NCBI RefSeq assembly: GCF_001194135.2
Contig: NC_068981.1
Coordinates: 79,967,500 to 80,031,499, forward strand
Direction: 5' to 3'
Source of the DNA: Octopus bimaculoides
Lineage: Eukaryota
DNA length: 64,000 bases
This document shows positions 48,621 through 61,249 of this stretch, piece by piece. Made by a program: the position numbers and the translations under genes. Under the pieces are notes generated by a model. The model was not told the origin of the DNA. It worked only from the letters and a program-made list of their open reading frames with translations, and did no database searches. Every line of letters begins with the position of its first letter. The stretch's first letter is position 1.

Positions 48621-49474
48621 GTAAGTTTGATCTTATTACTCAAGTAAAATTATCTTCATGATTTTTTGTCTCATCATCATCATCATTTGGCATCTACTTT
48701 CCATGCTGGTATGGGTTAGGCAGAAGTTGGTAAAATTTTAAATTAGGTAGGTCTTATGGTTTTATGTCATTTACATGTGTCTCTTGAATGTTTTGTGATC
48801 TAGCCAAAGGAATACTGGATGAAATCCACATTTCATTTTCTCTTACAACTATTGTAAAACAGTTATTTAACCATTTTCCAGAAAGCATTTTATTTTGAAT
48901 CATTTTTTTTTATTAAAAGGTTTTTTGTTTAACATTCTTAATTTAATATTTTATAATTTTTTTTAATAAGTATATGATAAAGGTTTTCCTTTGTTATTTA
49001 TTTTAAAAATTGAAATGTCAAATTTTAGCTTTTAAAATGTTGCTTTGGTTGTTATGTTAGTTTGTGTCTTTGCTTTTGTTTAATGAAAAAGTGTCAAGTA
49101 TTATAAATCAAAAAACTCATGTCACAATAGGATTTTTTTGTGAAATGACTCTGAGCTATACTGTTGATCCCTTAGTCATGACTTTAAACATTACTAAAGC
49201 TATTGTATTATGCCCTGAGGCAGGGCAAATGAAATGGCCTTCAGGACCCTCTCACAAAATAAGTTGGAAAGACTATAAAAATAATAGTTTTCAGTGGTAG
49301 ATTATGTAAACTTTGTAATTCTATATTGTTCATCTGCCCTTCCTTTACATTGTTGTTGTTCATTTTCATTCTAGCAGGGATTGGCTAAGTCAGATCACTT
49401 GCATTCCATTTACAGTGACCTCTGCTATCCTTTTTCAAACAATATGATGTCTAATTCAGATGTCTAATTCTAAA

Positions 49475-49835
49475 TCATCATCATCATCGTTTAACGTCCG
49501 CTTTCCATGCTAGCATGGGTTGGACGATTTGACTGAGGACTGGTGAACCAGATGGCTACACCAGGCTCCAATCTGATTTGGCAGAGTTTCTACAGTTGGA
49601 TGCCCTTCCTAATGCCAACCACTCTGAGTGTGTAGTGGGTGCTTTTACGTGCCACTGGCACGAAGGCCAGTCAGGTGGTACTGGCAATGGTCACGCTCAA
49701 AATGGTGTATTTTACGTGCCACCTGCACAGGAACCAGTCCAACAGCACTGGCAATGATCTCGCTCGAATGACTTTTCACGTGCCACTGGCACAAGTGCCA
49801 GGAAGGCGATGCTGGTAACGATCACGCTCGCACAG
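49475..49835 (-). mobile_element. RTE 3' tail copy (antisense, in intron 1 of the PAE-like gene)
   Basis: Reverse complement of 43274-43523, including the (gat)n end and the hairpin-repeat units. Confidence 0.9.
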
Positions 49836-50080
49836 TGGTGCCATCACGATTTCCCTTTTGCGTTTCTTTCCTGTGACATTCTAATTACATGCCCATAGTA
49901 TTGGACCCATAACCTCAATGTGGAGAAGTAGTCACTAGAGAGATTCCCTGATCTCTGAGCTACACACCAGCAACCCCAATAAAAATATTATAGGATCATT
50001 AAAGATATTTGAAACCAATATGATTTATTGTTTGTTTCTTTATCTCAATTAATATTTATTCTTTTATCTATCTTTCCTAG

Positions 50081-50162
50081 GTAGAGGGTCTTCTCTGAAT
50101 TTCTGGATACTCCATCTTCAAGGTGGAACTTGGTGTTCAACTGAAAGTGAATGTTACAAGAG
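50081..50162 (+). CDS. PAE/Notum-like exon 2
   Basis: tttcctAG|gt aga ggg.. encodes GRGSSLNFWILHLQGGTWCSTESECYKR; donor GTGAGT at 50163. Phase is consistent with exon 1. Confidence 0.92.
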
Positions 50163-50681
50163 GTGAGTTCATTTATTTCAGTATTAATGACAACAGTTTT
50201 ATTAATGATAGAATATCATTTCACTTCGATATATATTGTATTTTTGTCACAACATGTCTATGAAGAGATTTTCTCTCAGACAAAATGTTTTTCTATGGTG
50301 TATATACATTTAGTTTGATATACAAATGACTATTTTATTTAGACACTACTTCAGTTGTATACACCAATATAGATGTATATTCATATGTGTGTGCATATAT
50401 ATTCCCTTGCATTCAATCTGTCCTTGTTAAGCCTTCTCCACAACATTTCCTAACACCCATCCCTCCATGACTCTGCTAACTATGGCACTAGTTACTCAGC
50501 TGTAATTATGTAAGAGATCTGCTCATATTTGTTACAAATTATCCCTCTCTTTGGCACCACTTCCTTTTGTCACCCATCCCACATTCTCATTATTATCAGT
50601 TATCACTTTATTTTCCACTGAACACTTATCTGCCATCAAAAGGCTCTCTCCACCCCCACCTTTGTTTCACAATAAGGAGGA

Positions 50682-52140
50682 GGGAACCAGGCTGTGGGAG
50701 TTCTGCAATGCAAATGATCTTATGGTTTGTAATACTAGCTTCAGGAAACCTGCCAGTCACCTATTCACCTACCGATCTAGTGGAGACACTAGTCAAATTG
50801 ATTATATCCTCGCTAGGAAAACGGGGAAGATGGCTACTTATAAATGCCAAAACCTTCCCAGATGAAGAATGCACCCCACAGCATAGATTAGTAGTTAGTG
50901 ACTTCAGGATAAAGGCTAAATGGATGCCCAGAAAATGACCAGCATGGAGAAGAAGGATCCTGCAAATGGACAGAAATTTAGAGACATATTACTCGAAGCT
51001 TTTGACGAAATAGAGGGGGATATAGCATCATATGATGTGGAAGACAACTGGAGGTTTCTACTGGACAACCTGTTGAGGACTACTGACCAGATCTGTGGAT
51101 GGTGCAAAGTCCCCTCTTTACCCAAAGTAAAGTGGTGGTGGAATAATGTAGGTGACGGGGCTATTAGGGAAAAGAAACAGGCATGGAAGGACTGGAAGAA
51201 TGATGGTAGTATGGAATTGTATCAGATTGCCAGAAGGGAAGCTAGGAGACAGGTTTACTTAGTCAGAGGGGAAGGAGATAAGAAAAAATTTACCAATGTT
51301 CTGCGTTGTGAGGACCAAAGACTTGAAGTGTTTTGTGTTGCAAGACACTGTGTGAGAGAGAATTTTGATGTCATAGAGAAATGTGTCAGCATGGATGATG
51401 GCTCACTTGCATTTAATGAGACTGCAAAGAGAAAGACCTGCAGACGCCACTATGAAAGGTTGCTAAATGAAGAGAATGAATGGGAGAGAGAGAGTCTGCT
51501 AAATGTCGACCCAATAGAGGGATCAGCTATCCAAAATAACAGTACCTTGGTAGATAAAGCAATTAAGGGTATGAAGACAGGGAAAGCCCCCGGCCCATCA
51601 AAAATCACAGCAGAGTTGCTTAAAATATCTGGTGGTGTTGGCTATAGTCTAGTCACCCATATAGTCAATCAGGTGATGCATGAAAAAGTCATACCCAATG
51701 GCTGGTGTAGCAACACCATAGTCAACTGCTACAAAGGTAAAGGTGATGCATTAGATACAAATAATTGCAGAGGTATTAAGTTGTTGGATGAGGTAATGAA
51801 AGTCACAGAGATGGTCATAGCCCAACTAATTAGGGTGAAAGTCAGTTTAGATGAGATGCAGTTTGGGTTTGTGCCAGGGAAAAGCACCACTGATGTTATA
51901 TTTCTGGTAAGACAGCTGCAGGAGAAACCTCTATACCAGGCTTTCGTTGACATGGAGAAAGCCTTTGACAGTGTCCCCCGATCCCTTATCTGGTGGTCAA
52001 TGCAGAAACTAGGGATAGATGAGTGGTTAGTGAGAGCTGTACAAGTCATGTACAGGGATACTGTCAGTAAGGTGAGGGTTGGCAATGAGTACATTAAAGA
52101 ATTCTGGGCAGGGGTCCACCAAGGATCAGTCTCAGCCCCC
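50682..52140 (+). mobile_element. RTE fragment truncated at both ends; includes the 428-aa ORF 50920-52206
   Basis: RLWEFCNANDL..SQIDYIL; MQFGFVPGKSTTDVIFLVRQLQEK; FVDMEKAFDSVPR; ends at GVHQGS before YADD. Confidence 0.92.
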
Positions 52141-52716
52141 TCTTATTCATTATGTTTGTGTATTTATGTATGTATTTGTGTGTGTTCATGTTTACCCTAC
52201 TCTTGAACCTGTACTTGTTTGTTACTTCCCCTTTGTGTCTGATAACTTACCAGTGTGATAAAGAGATTGATAAAATACCAAGTACCACGGTCAATATGAT
52301 TCGTTAAAGTTATCTTTACAGATTTTTCTATCAAAATTACAGCCAGCACTGATCTAAATATGCGCCAACGTCTACAATGCAATGACTAAAACTAGCAAAA
52401 CAATGTCTTTATAGTTCAGCTGTAGACTAATCATAGATAAAAATTTCAGTCATCATTTATTTAAAAATACAATTCCTAAAAGAACATATGTAGAAACCTT
52501 TAAATAAAGAATGGAAGTGATGAGTTCTATAATTCAGTGAGACTCTGGTGTAGCTCTGAAGACTTCTGTTTCCTCTAAGTATCTTGGATCATGTTACCTT
52601 GGCTGATCCATTTATCTTAAAGCTTTACCTACCTAGCTGCTGCTACTTTTAACAAGGGGGAGTTCCAACTTTTGCAGCCAGTTAAACTGTATCATTTGAG
52701 AATTACATGTTTAGAG

Positions 52717-52959
52717 CAGTGGTTCTCAATCATGTTTCACTTATGGACCCTTTTGATTCCTATTTTACTCTACTGGTCTTCTGTAGAAATTCGATGTGTA
52801 TAAAAATATCCTACTGTATTTTTATAATTAAATGCTATTAGGAAATGTATTAGAAAAATTTTTTAATATTTTGTGTATTGTAGAAGTATAAGCAATTTAT
52901 TGCACATAAATTTTAACTACAAATTTTAATCTTGTCTGGACCCTGATTGAGAACCACTG
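52717..52959. mobile_element. hAT (Charlie-like) MITE
   Basis: Perfect 16-bp TIR cagtggttctcaatca / tgattgagaaccactg. The flanks gtttagag / atctaaac resemble an NTCTAGAN target but are not an exact TSD. Confidence 0.8.
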
Positions 52960-53317
52960 ATCTAAACCACAGAACAAAAGCTGGGCCTTTAGCATGATAG
53001 GAATTTTCAGTCACTCAAAACCTTTGAAGTGTTTACAATGTTTACATGTTCATTTTCACTATAACTTCTCATGTTCATGACATTTTAGTAACTTTTTCTG
53101 TCTTACTAAAACTTTCCATTTCTCGGATCTGTTTAAAACATTTGTCTTAAACCAGTAATGATCAATAGCATCTCTCTGTGAACAAGAACTTCTTTTTTAT
53201 ATACAAGTAAATAACTTACAACAATGAACAATCATAAAACATCAATGCTCAGCTGTTGGTTGCTGCTTCTTTATTGAAACCTTTTTCCTTTCTTCTTTTT
53301 CATTCTATCCTTTCTAG

Positions 53318-53463
53318 AAGCTTCACTGAGGTTGGTTCAAGCCTTAAAGCACCAGTTTCTGCTAGATTTGAAGGTTTTATGTCAAGTGATGATTTGGTGA
53401 ACCCTGATTTTCATGACTGGAATATGGTCTGCTTCCTTTACTGTGATGGTGGCTCTTTCTTAG
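53318..53463 (+). CDS. PAE/Notum-like exon 3
   Basis: tttctAG|a agc ttc.. encodes SFTEVGSS..FEGFMSSDDLVNPDFHDWNMVCFLYCDGGSFLG (family motif NP.F..WN.V..YCDG.SF.G); donor GTTTGT at 53464. Confidence 0.92.
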
Positions 53464-55788
53464 GTTTGTCTGATTTTTACTCTCATGTTACTTGTCTCCC
53501 ATGTATTTTAATAATTCAATTTATTGGTTATTTTTTTATTCTATGTTGTGTCTGTTAATAACTGTTTCCATTGTTATGCAATTTTGTTCTTCTATTCTCT
53601 TTGACATATTACCTGAGTGGTTAAGGGGCTCAGCTAACACTTTGAAGTAATTTGGAGACTGAACTCGTGTATGTTAGGATCAAATTCACAACAAACATTT
53701 TTATTGTGTACTTAGACCAGCAGGGTCTCTGTGGCTATCCTTGGGCTCAATAAACATTAACTATTCCAACGATATCAATATAGTCAATTTTGTTTTAGTA
53801 TTTTCATTAAATTTCTTGAAATGTTTCTTATGTGGTAATGAATCACACAAAAGAATAAGAAAATTATTGTTTATAAATCAAAAACTTTTATGTTAATTAT
53901 ACATTTTAATATTTAGAAATTTACATGATAGGTATCAATAACTTATCAGTGATGAATCATTGAAATGAAAGGGTCAATGCTATAAGAAGTGTGCTGACCC
54001 CTGACTTAGTGCTTTTGATTTTTTATTGTTGTGAACTTCATTTGTAATGGGTTGGAGAGAGAATTAGTATCTAGTAAAAAGCAAAAAGAACCAAGCACCT
54101 ATCTACCTTTTATAACATTCAGTTTTTTATTTTTTCATAACAGTTTTGTCAAAGGAAATGGAAAAGGGTAGCATACTGGATTTTTTTTTTTCAGAAGCTC
54201 TAAGATTGATGGAAGGGAAGATAGAAGCTATTCTCAAACCTGAGAACTAGCCCAAATGCCTACAAACAGCATAGACTCTACTAAAAGGTAGCCAATGGCA
54301 GGGTATTGACTTTAAACGGTGACAGATTGATTCTGCTACACAAGAACAGCAATTGTCCTTCTGGTGACTTTCCACATGATATCTGTCTAACAAATTTCGC
54401 TGACAAGGCTTTAGTTAAAGTATGGTAGAAAACACCTGCCCATATGAAGTGCAGTGAGATTGAACCAGAGTCCTGTAACTGCAAAGTGAGCTTAACCAAA
54501 AAAAAAAAAAAACAACAGAAATGCACTCACATGCACCTATACTCAGTAAGTCAACATTTCAAACCACAAAATACAACTAGCCACAGTAAGACAACTGAAA
54601 GGTGTTGCACAATTACTAGTTGTCTATTGAGCTATTAGTGATAAAATCACTATTTTAGAGTACATGATGAACTCTTTAGTATTGGTGCCATAATATGTAA
54701 AGTGGTTGGTGCTAAGAAAGGTATCCAGCTGTAGAAACCATACCAAAGTAGTGTCTTGGGATAGCTAGAACCTGTTACAGCTCTCCAGCTTACCAGTTCC
54801 AGTCAGACTGTCTAACCCATACGAGTATGGAAAGCAGATGTTAAATGATGAGGATGATACATAGATATATATATATACATACTTAGAAGGTTGTTTGTTT
54901 TGGCTGGTCAGAGGCTGACCATTGGTTTCACACCTATAAAACTCTTAGCTGTATAGGTATTGTTTCAATCATTATACTGCAACCATGTTAAGGCACCACC
55001 TTGGAGAATTTTAGTCAAATGAATCGACCCTAGTATTTATTTTTTTAAAGCTTGGTACTTATTCTATCAGTCTCTCTTGCCAAACCATTATGTTACAGGT
55101 GTGTAAACACACCAACACCAGTTGCCAAGTAGTGGTGGAGGACAAACACAGATACAAAGACACACACACACACACACACACACATAATTAAGATTCAGTT
55201 GAATTTGGTACTTAAATTGAGGCACCTTACCAGTTCAGTATAGTCCACACAACTCCAAGTTAGGTGAACAGAAATAATGAATAAGGATAAATCAAGATAA
55301 AATAAAATAAGGATTATTTTAGAGATGATATAAATTATATTGGTATATTGAAAAGCATTCTTAGGTATGTTATTATAATACCCTATAAAAAATAAGATTA
55401 TGTATATCAAATACTAATTGAAAAAATGAATTACGATAAAGATACATTTGGAAATGGGTTTATAAAATATTTCTAAATATATCAAAGACACTGATCTATG
55501 TAGAATAATAACAGATCCTGGGGTGTATACTTTATACTTCGGGTAGGTGCAAGATTTAGTAATCCATTGCAATTTTATGTATTATACAAAAGATAATCCC
55601 AATACCGAAAGGGTACATATTGCAGATTAAAGTGGTTAAGGGTTATTAGAAAGCAATACTACATATATATCGAGAAAATAGAGGGTATGTTATAATTAAT
55701 AGGACACCCCGGATACCTTGTGCTCCCAAATCATAGTATGATATACTTATTACTTTCTTCTATAGTATTTGAAGGTACAGGTAATCCT

Positions 55789-57450
55789 ATGAACACATGA
55801 TACTCTAAGATCTAATTTATTAATTAGGTTTTGTTTATCTCTATATTTGAATAATTCATATTTCTCCATACAACATAGTTCACATCCATATCGGCTGTTT
55901 GTGTATGGCTGAGCTCTATGGACTATAACCCATTTTAGGCTAAATTCACTATTACTATCCTTCCAAGATTTTCATAGATAATGAGGTATTGTTGGCTTTA
56001 TGCCTAAGTCTAAAAGACAAAAAATGGTTATTCAAGCATTTTCTCTTATTTACAGAGCACCCGATATAAATGAAGTTATTAGTTTCTGTCATTACATATG
56101 ACATTTTCAGCTAAACACTGACCCAATAACAAGCATTGGGATCCTTCTCTACAATTGCTACTGCAGATATTAATATTAGCATTACTTACCCTATCATTAA
56201 CATTTATAGTGTCGCCATTCGAGGTTTTGCTCAAATTCACAGAAGTATTATGTTACGATAGAAGTATTATCAAGTGTTATGTATTTGAGTTTTTATAATA
56301 GGTATTATTACATCTGTTTATATTGGCCTATTGTTTGTGATTATGTCATTAGATATTATGCCCTCAACCAGTAATGGTTGCATTTGGGATACTTGGTGTT
56401 TCATCTGCGGTTTATTGGCTCTGTTGCCTATGCTGACTACATTGTTACTAGCTAAGAGTGGGTTCTTATTTATTATCCATATTATTGATTCTTACATATC
56501 TACTATTATTACAACCATAATTAGGGGTTAATCCACTATTACCATTATTATTATCAATCTCGCGGGCTAAGTTTATATTTCTTCTGTTCAAGTGGGCTAT
56601 AATCATACCTACATTTAGAAGAGTGAAATGTGAAACTCTGATTCTCCTACAGGAGAAGAGTTTGCTATATTTATGTGAAGCTGGGAAGTTTTTCTCCAAA
56701 ATCGCCATAAATTTATTATACATATTAGTAGGGATTGCTCAATTGAAAGGAATGTTATACCAGACCACGTTATTATTCTTAGTATTCTTATGTTTATGAA
56801 AGCAGATCATATCAACCTCTCTATTACTTACCAAACCTCCAGTTTATGGAGCCTGGTGTTGCCATCCGGTTTCACCAGTCCGCAGTCAAATCGTCCAACC
56901 CATGCTAGCATGGAAGGCGGACGTTAAATGATGATGATGAGTATCATTATCGGTATTTATGTTACTATTAGAATTGGCTTCATACTTCTTATTCTCATCC
57001 TCACTATTATTGTACATGCTAGACATTTTACTGTCCTTAGATTCTATGTTATTATTGTTATACATCTTATTCTTTATTTTAATAGGAATATTATGGGCAA
57101 TTCTTGTAGATCTATATACTCGATTAGATGAGCTATTGATTGCCCTTTTTCACATTTTCAGTTTCTTTATTATGTTTAGTTGGTATCAGACTTTCTGAAT
57201 TAAGGAATGCAATCTCCCAATTGTATCCCACCTTAGATAGAGCAGAGTTATAGTAGTGGGAGTATGGAGTTAAATATATCCATATTAGCCAATAATTGTG
57301 TAATTCTCCTCGAAATTCCTTTTACTAATGATTTTAATACGTTTGGGGGATGATTGGAGGATTTGTTCACATATTTAGTAACCTCATCCAGTTTTCTATA
57401 GAGGTAATATAAACCAGAGTTAATATCTAAGAAGTTAACCACCTTCGTAT
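55789..57450 (-). mobile_element. Decayed Penelope-like element (RT thumb, linker, GIY-YIG endonuclease)
   Basis: 57248-57442 reads FLDI..YRK..YVNKSSNHPPNVLKSL..ISRRIT. 56466-56723 reads KFMAILEKNFPASHKYSKLF..IRVS. 55789-56159 reads NCREGSQCLLLGQCLAENVI..YIG..NNHF.SFR..LKW.IV.RAQPY..CELCCMEK..INK...SCVH. It is interrupted by an RTE tail at 56847-56941. Confidence 0.85.
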
Positions 57451-57789
57451 CGTATTCAAAAGTGTGCCCTAAGTTAAAGCTTTTGAAGAATTTTCTGATT
57501 TTCTTCTTCCTTCTTTCTATGACTATCTTATGCAGGACAAGGTAGGTAATCGTACATCAAATTATCTCCCTTGCTCCAATCCGTTTCGTTTACCATCCCG
57601 TGTCGCTCTTTGTCCCTCCAGATCAACTTTGCCTTTCATCCTTGATAAAAGGAAGTACCAGACAGATACTGAGGTTAATATAATCGAGTAACCCCTCCTT
57701 TCTCTAAATTTCTGGTCTCTCGTCTTATACAGTGTGTTTTTATCTTAATATTTAAGATTTCGTTTAAGTTTATATTTACGAAATACATC

Positions 57790-59030
57790 AGCATCATCGT
57801 TTAACGTCGGACGGTTTGACTGAGGGCCGGCAAGCCAGAAGCTGCATCAGGCTTCAATCCGATCTAGCAAAGTTTCTACCGCAAGATGCCCTTTCTAACA
57901 CCAACCACTCCAAGAGTGTAATGAGTGCTTTTTACATGCCACCGGCACAAGCGCCAGTCAGGCAGTACTGGCATCAACCACACTTGAATGGTGCTTTTTA
58001 CGTGCCACCAGCACGGGAGCCAGCGAGGCACTGGCAACGACCATGCTCAAATGGTGTTTTTTACATGCCACTGGCATGGGACCAGTCAGCTGGCACGGGC
58101 ATGGACCGTGCTCGAATGGAACTTCTTATGTGCCACCGGCACGGGAGCCAGACAGGGATCACTGGCAACAAACACGCTCAAATGGTGCTTTCTACGTGCT
58201 ACTGGTATGGGATCAGTCAGGTAGCACTGGCATTGACCACACTTAAATGGTGCCTTTTATGTGCCACTGGCAAGAGTGCCAATCAGGTGGTACTGTCATT
58301 GACAACGACAACAACTTCACTTGCCTCAACAGGTCTTCGCAAGCGCGGTTTATTGCCCAATGATTGAAGGTTACTCTTAAATAGGCTGGTTATGCTGCAC
58401 TGGCATAGGCCACAGTTGCGATCTCACTTGGCTTGCCGGGTCTTCTCAAGCACAGCATATCTCTAAAGGTCTCGATCACTTGTCATTGCCCCTGTGAGGC
58501 CCAATGTTTTAAGGTTGTGCTTCACTACCTCATCCCAGGTTTTCCTGGGTCTACCTCTTCCACAGGTTCCCTCTACTGCTAGGGTGTGATACTTTTTCAG
58601 ACAGCTGTCCTCATCCATATGCAACACATAACCATACCAGCACAGTCGTCTCTCTTGCACACCACATCTGATACTTCTTATGTTCAACTTTTCTCTTACG
58701 GAGCTTACACTCTGTTGTGTATGCACACTGACTTTACACATCCAGCAGAGCATACAAGCTTCATTCCTTGTAAGCTTACGCATGTCCTCAGCAGTCATGG
58801 CTCAGTTTCACTGCCATGTAGCATGGCTGTTCACATACATACATCATACATTCTACCTTTTACTCTGGTGAGAGGCCCTTTGTCAGCAGCAGAGGTAAGA
58901 GCTCTCTGAACTTTGCCCAGGCTATTCTTATTCTAGCAGCTACACTCTCAGAGCATCCACACCCGCTACTGACTTGGTCACCTAGGTAACGGAAGTTGTC
59001 AACTACTTGCAGTTTCGGTAATCGAGGTAG
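57790..59030 (-). mobile_element. 5'-truncated RTE copy with an expanded ~64-bp 3'UTR tandem repeat
   Basis: ORF 58463-58798 reads RLCWYGYVLHMDEDSC..GRGRPRKTWDEVVK. Six repeat units occupy ~57922-58300, followed by the standard tail. Confidence 0.92.
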
Positions 59031-59546
59031 TCAGTCTATGATAGAATACTTAAGATTAGATTAGTGCTGCAACATGGGTTAGCAACCATTATCTTGGCTT
59101 ATGCCCCTCAGCCAGGGCTACCTGATGAACAGAAAGACCAATTTTATGACATTTTCTTGCAGACTACCTCGTCGATGAATGGCAGGGACAATTTTCTTTT
59201 TGAAGTTTTAATCGAAAGGTTTTTTTTCACCTGGAGTTCTAATTAATAATCTTACATTTCATAGTTTGTGAATATATCTCAGTGATGGCATTTCTTGTAC
59301 CACTGAGCAAGATACTTTGTTCTATATTGGTTAATTTGTACCTCAGCTCATACTCAGCTGTAGAGATTAGGTGCTAAGCTTATTCAGAAAAGTCAACTGT
59401 GTTAGACTAGTGTCATTCACAGGTACCATACCACCTGACATCACCCTTGAGTTTATGATACAAACTTCTGTTTTAAAGTTAAATTAAATTAAAACCTTCC
59501 ATCAAAATTTCATGTTAATTCATGTTCAAAAACGCCAGTTTATTAA

Positions 59547-59750
59547 TGGTTTCAAATTTTAGCACAAGGCTAGAAATTTCAGGGGACAGGCTGAGTTGGT
59601 TATATCAACCCCAGTGCTCAGTTGGTACTTATTTTATGGACCCAGAAAGGATGAAAGACAAAATTAACTTCAGCAGAATTTGAACTCAGAACATAACATG
59701 AAATACCACTAAGCATTTTGCTAATGATTCTGCCAGCTTGCAGCCTTATA
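59547..59750 (-). mobile_element. Family A SINE inserted in a piggyBac-like MITE (~59440-59880, related to ~38270-38440)
   Basis: The SINE block is flanked by ccagtttattaatg / ccagcttaataatg, and the host resembles 38270-38440. Confidence 0.6.
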
Positions 59751-59975
59751 CCAGCTTAATAATGACAGTTATTTCATTAAAATGTTCATTACTTTCAAAA
59801 TTAACTGAAATTAAAACAATGGATTTCAACAGAAATATAGTAACTAAAAATGGTTAATCTCTGCTAAGACTGAAATTAAACTCAAGCACATCTACCTGTA
59901 AATCATTTTTATAAATGTATAGACGTCCTCTTTGACAACTGAACAATAAAAGCTTTATTTTTTATATTTATTTAG

Positions 59976-60116
59976 GAAATCGTTCACAGCCAATTGTGTA
60001 CAACTCTAGGAATATTTATCTGAGAGGTGCATCTATATTTGATGCTATTATTGACTTCCTGCTTATTGAAACTAACTTAGGATCTGCTAAGAAAGTTATC
60101 TTGAGTGGTTCATCAG
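59976..60116 (+). CDS. PAE/Notum-like exon 4
   Basis: tatttAG|ga aat.. encodes GNRSQPIVYNSRNIYLRGASIFDAIIDFLL..LGSAKKVILSGSS; donor GTAAAT at 60117. Confidence 0.92.
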
Positions 60117-60326
60117 GTAAATAAATTTCTCTCACTCGCTCTCTCTCTCTTTTCTCTTTCTCACTCTCTCTTTTTTCTCTTTCTCACTCTCTCTCTCTCT
60201 TTTGTTCTTAAATTTGCATCTAATGTTTGACTTGACTTATTTTCTGAAAAAAAAAAAAAGAATTTTAATTCTTTTAATTGCTTTACAACACATTAATGGT
60301 AATACGTTTTCTTTATTCCTGACTAG

Positions 60327-60500
60327 CTGGAGGTTTAGCTGCTCTTATCCATGCAGATCATTTACATCAAAGGCTTCAAAAAATTCCTTCTTTCCATGCG
60401 GTTCTTGATGCCATGTTATTTCTTAACTTAACTAGCCGCAATGGCCAGAAGAAAATGATGAATATTTTGGAAAATACATTCCATCTTCATAACATTAAAG
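60327..60500 (+). CDS. PAE/Notum-like exon 5 (completes the GSSAG nucleophile motif); the gene continues past the window
   Basis: gactAG|ct gga.. encodes AGGLAALIHADHLHQRLQK..VLDAMLFL..HLHNIK; donor ag|GTAAGT at 60501. Joined exons 1-5 give 302 uninterrupted codons. Confidence 0.92.
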
Positions 60501-61249
60501 GTAAGTGGATTATACGAGCATGTCATCATTGTCTTTACATCTGCTTTTCCATCTAGTTCATACCAATATAGGTTACATGGAACTTTCTGAAACATGTTTT
60601 ACAGTTGGATATCCTTCTTGATACTAATCCTTTTAGTTGCCTCTACAACATGTAAGGATATGGTGCACCTATTGTAAAAAAACAATGTGTAGCTGCTCCT
60701 TTTGTGTGAAACTAAAAGAGAATATTTCAAAAATGATGTGAAATGCCAAAAAACATTCTTTATTATGATTGTAGAATTGAAATTCAAAATCAAAATCCCA
60801 TTATTTGTCTGCTGCTTATGATTCGGAATTAGCATCAGAAATATTTTAGGCACAGATGTGGATGTGTGGTTATGAAGTTGGTTTTGGGTTCATTCCCACT
60901 ATACAGCACTTTGGGCAAATGCTCTTAGCCAACCAAAGCCTTGTGAGCTGAATTTGGTGGATGAAAGCTGAGAGAAGGTCATAATGTATGTTAGGGTTGC
61001 CTTGTCTTGTCTTACTTAACGTTTATTTACTTTTATTTAAAATCAACATTTAATCCTATGGTAATTTAATCCTATGGCAATTTTATCATGTGGCAATAGT
61101 ACTATTGCAACTTTCTAAACTGTGCAATGCTGGTTTAAGTGTCAGTTCTTGGGGGAATTCATTAGCAATAGTGTCAACATCATCATTTTATGTCTGCTTT
61201 TCCATGCTGACAGAGGTTGGATGATCACGTCCTCCTTGAACAATTGCAG

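Noticed and set aside
57920-58300. CRISPR-like spaced repeats
   Set aside because: The units are whole tandem copies with no unique spacers, lie in an RTE 3'UTR, and the context is eukaryotic with no cas genes.
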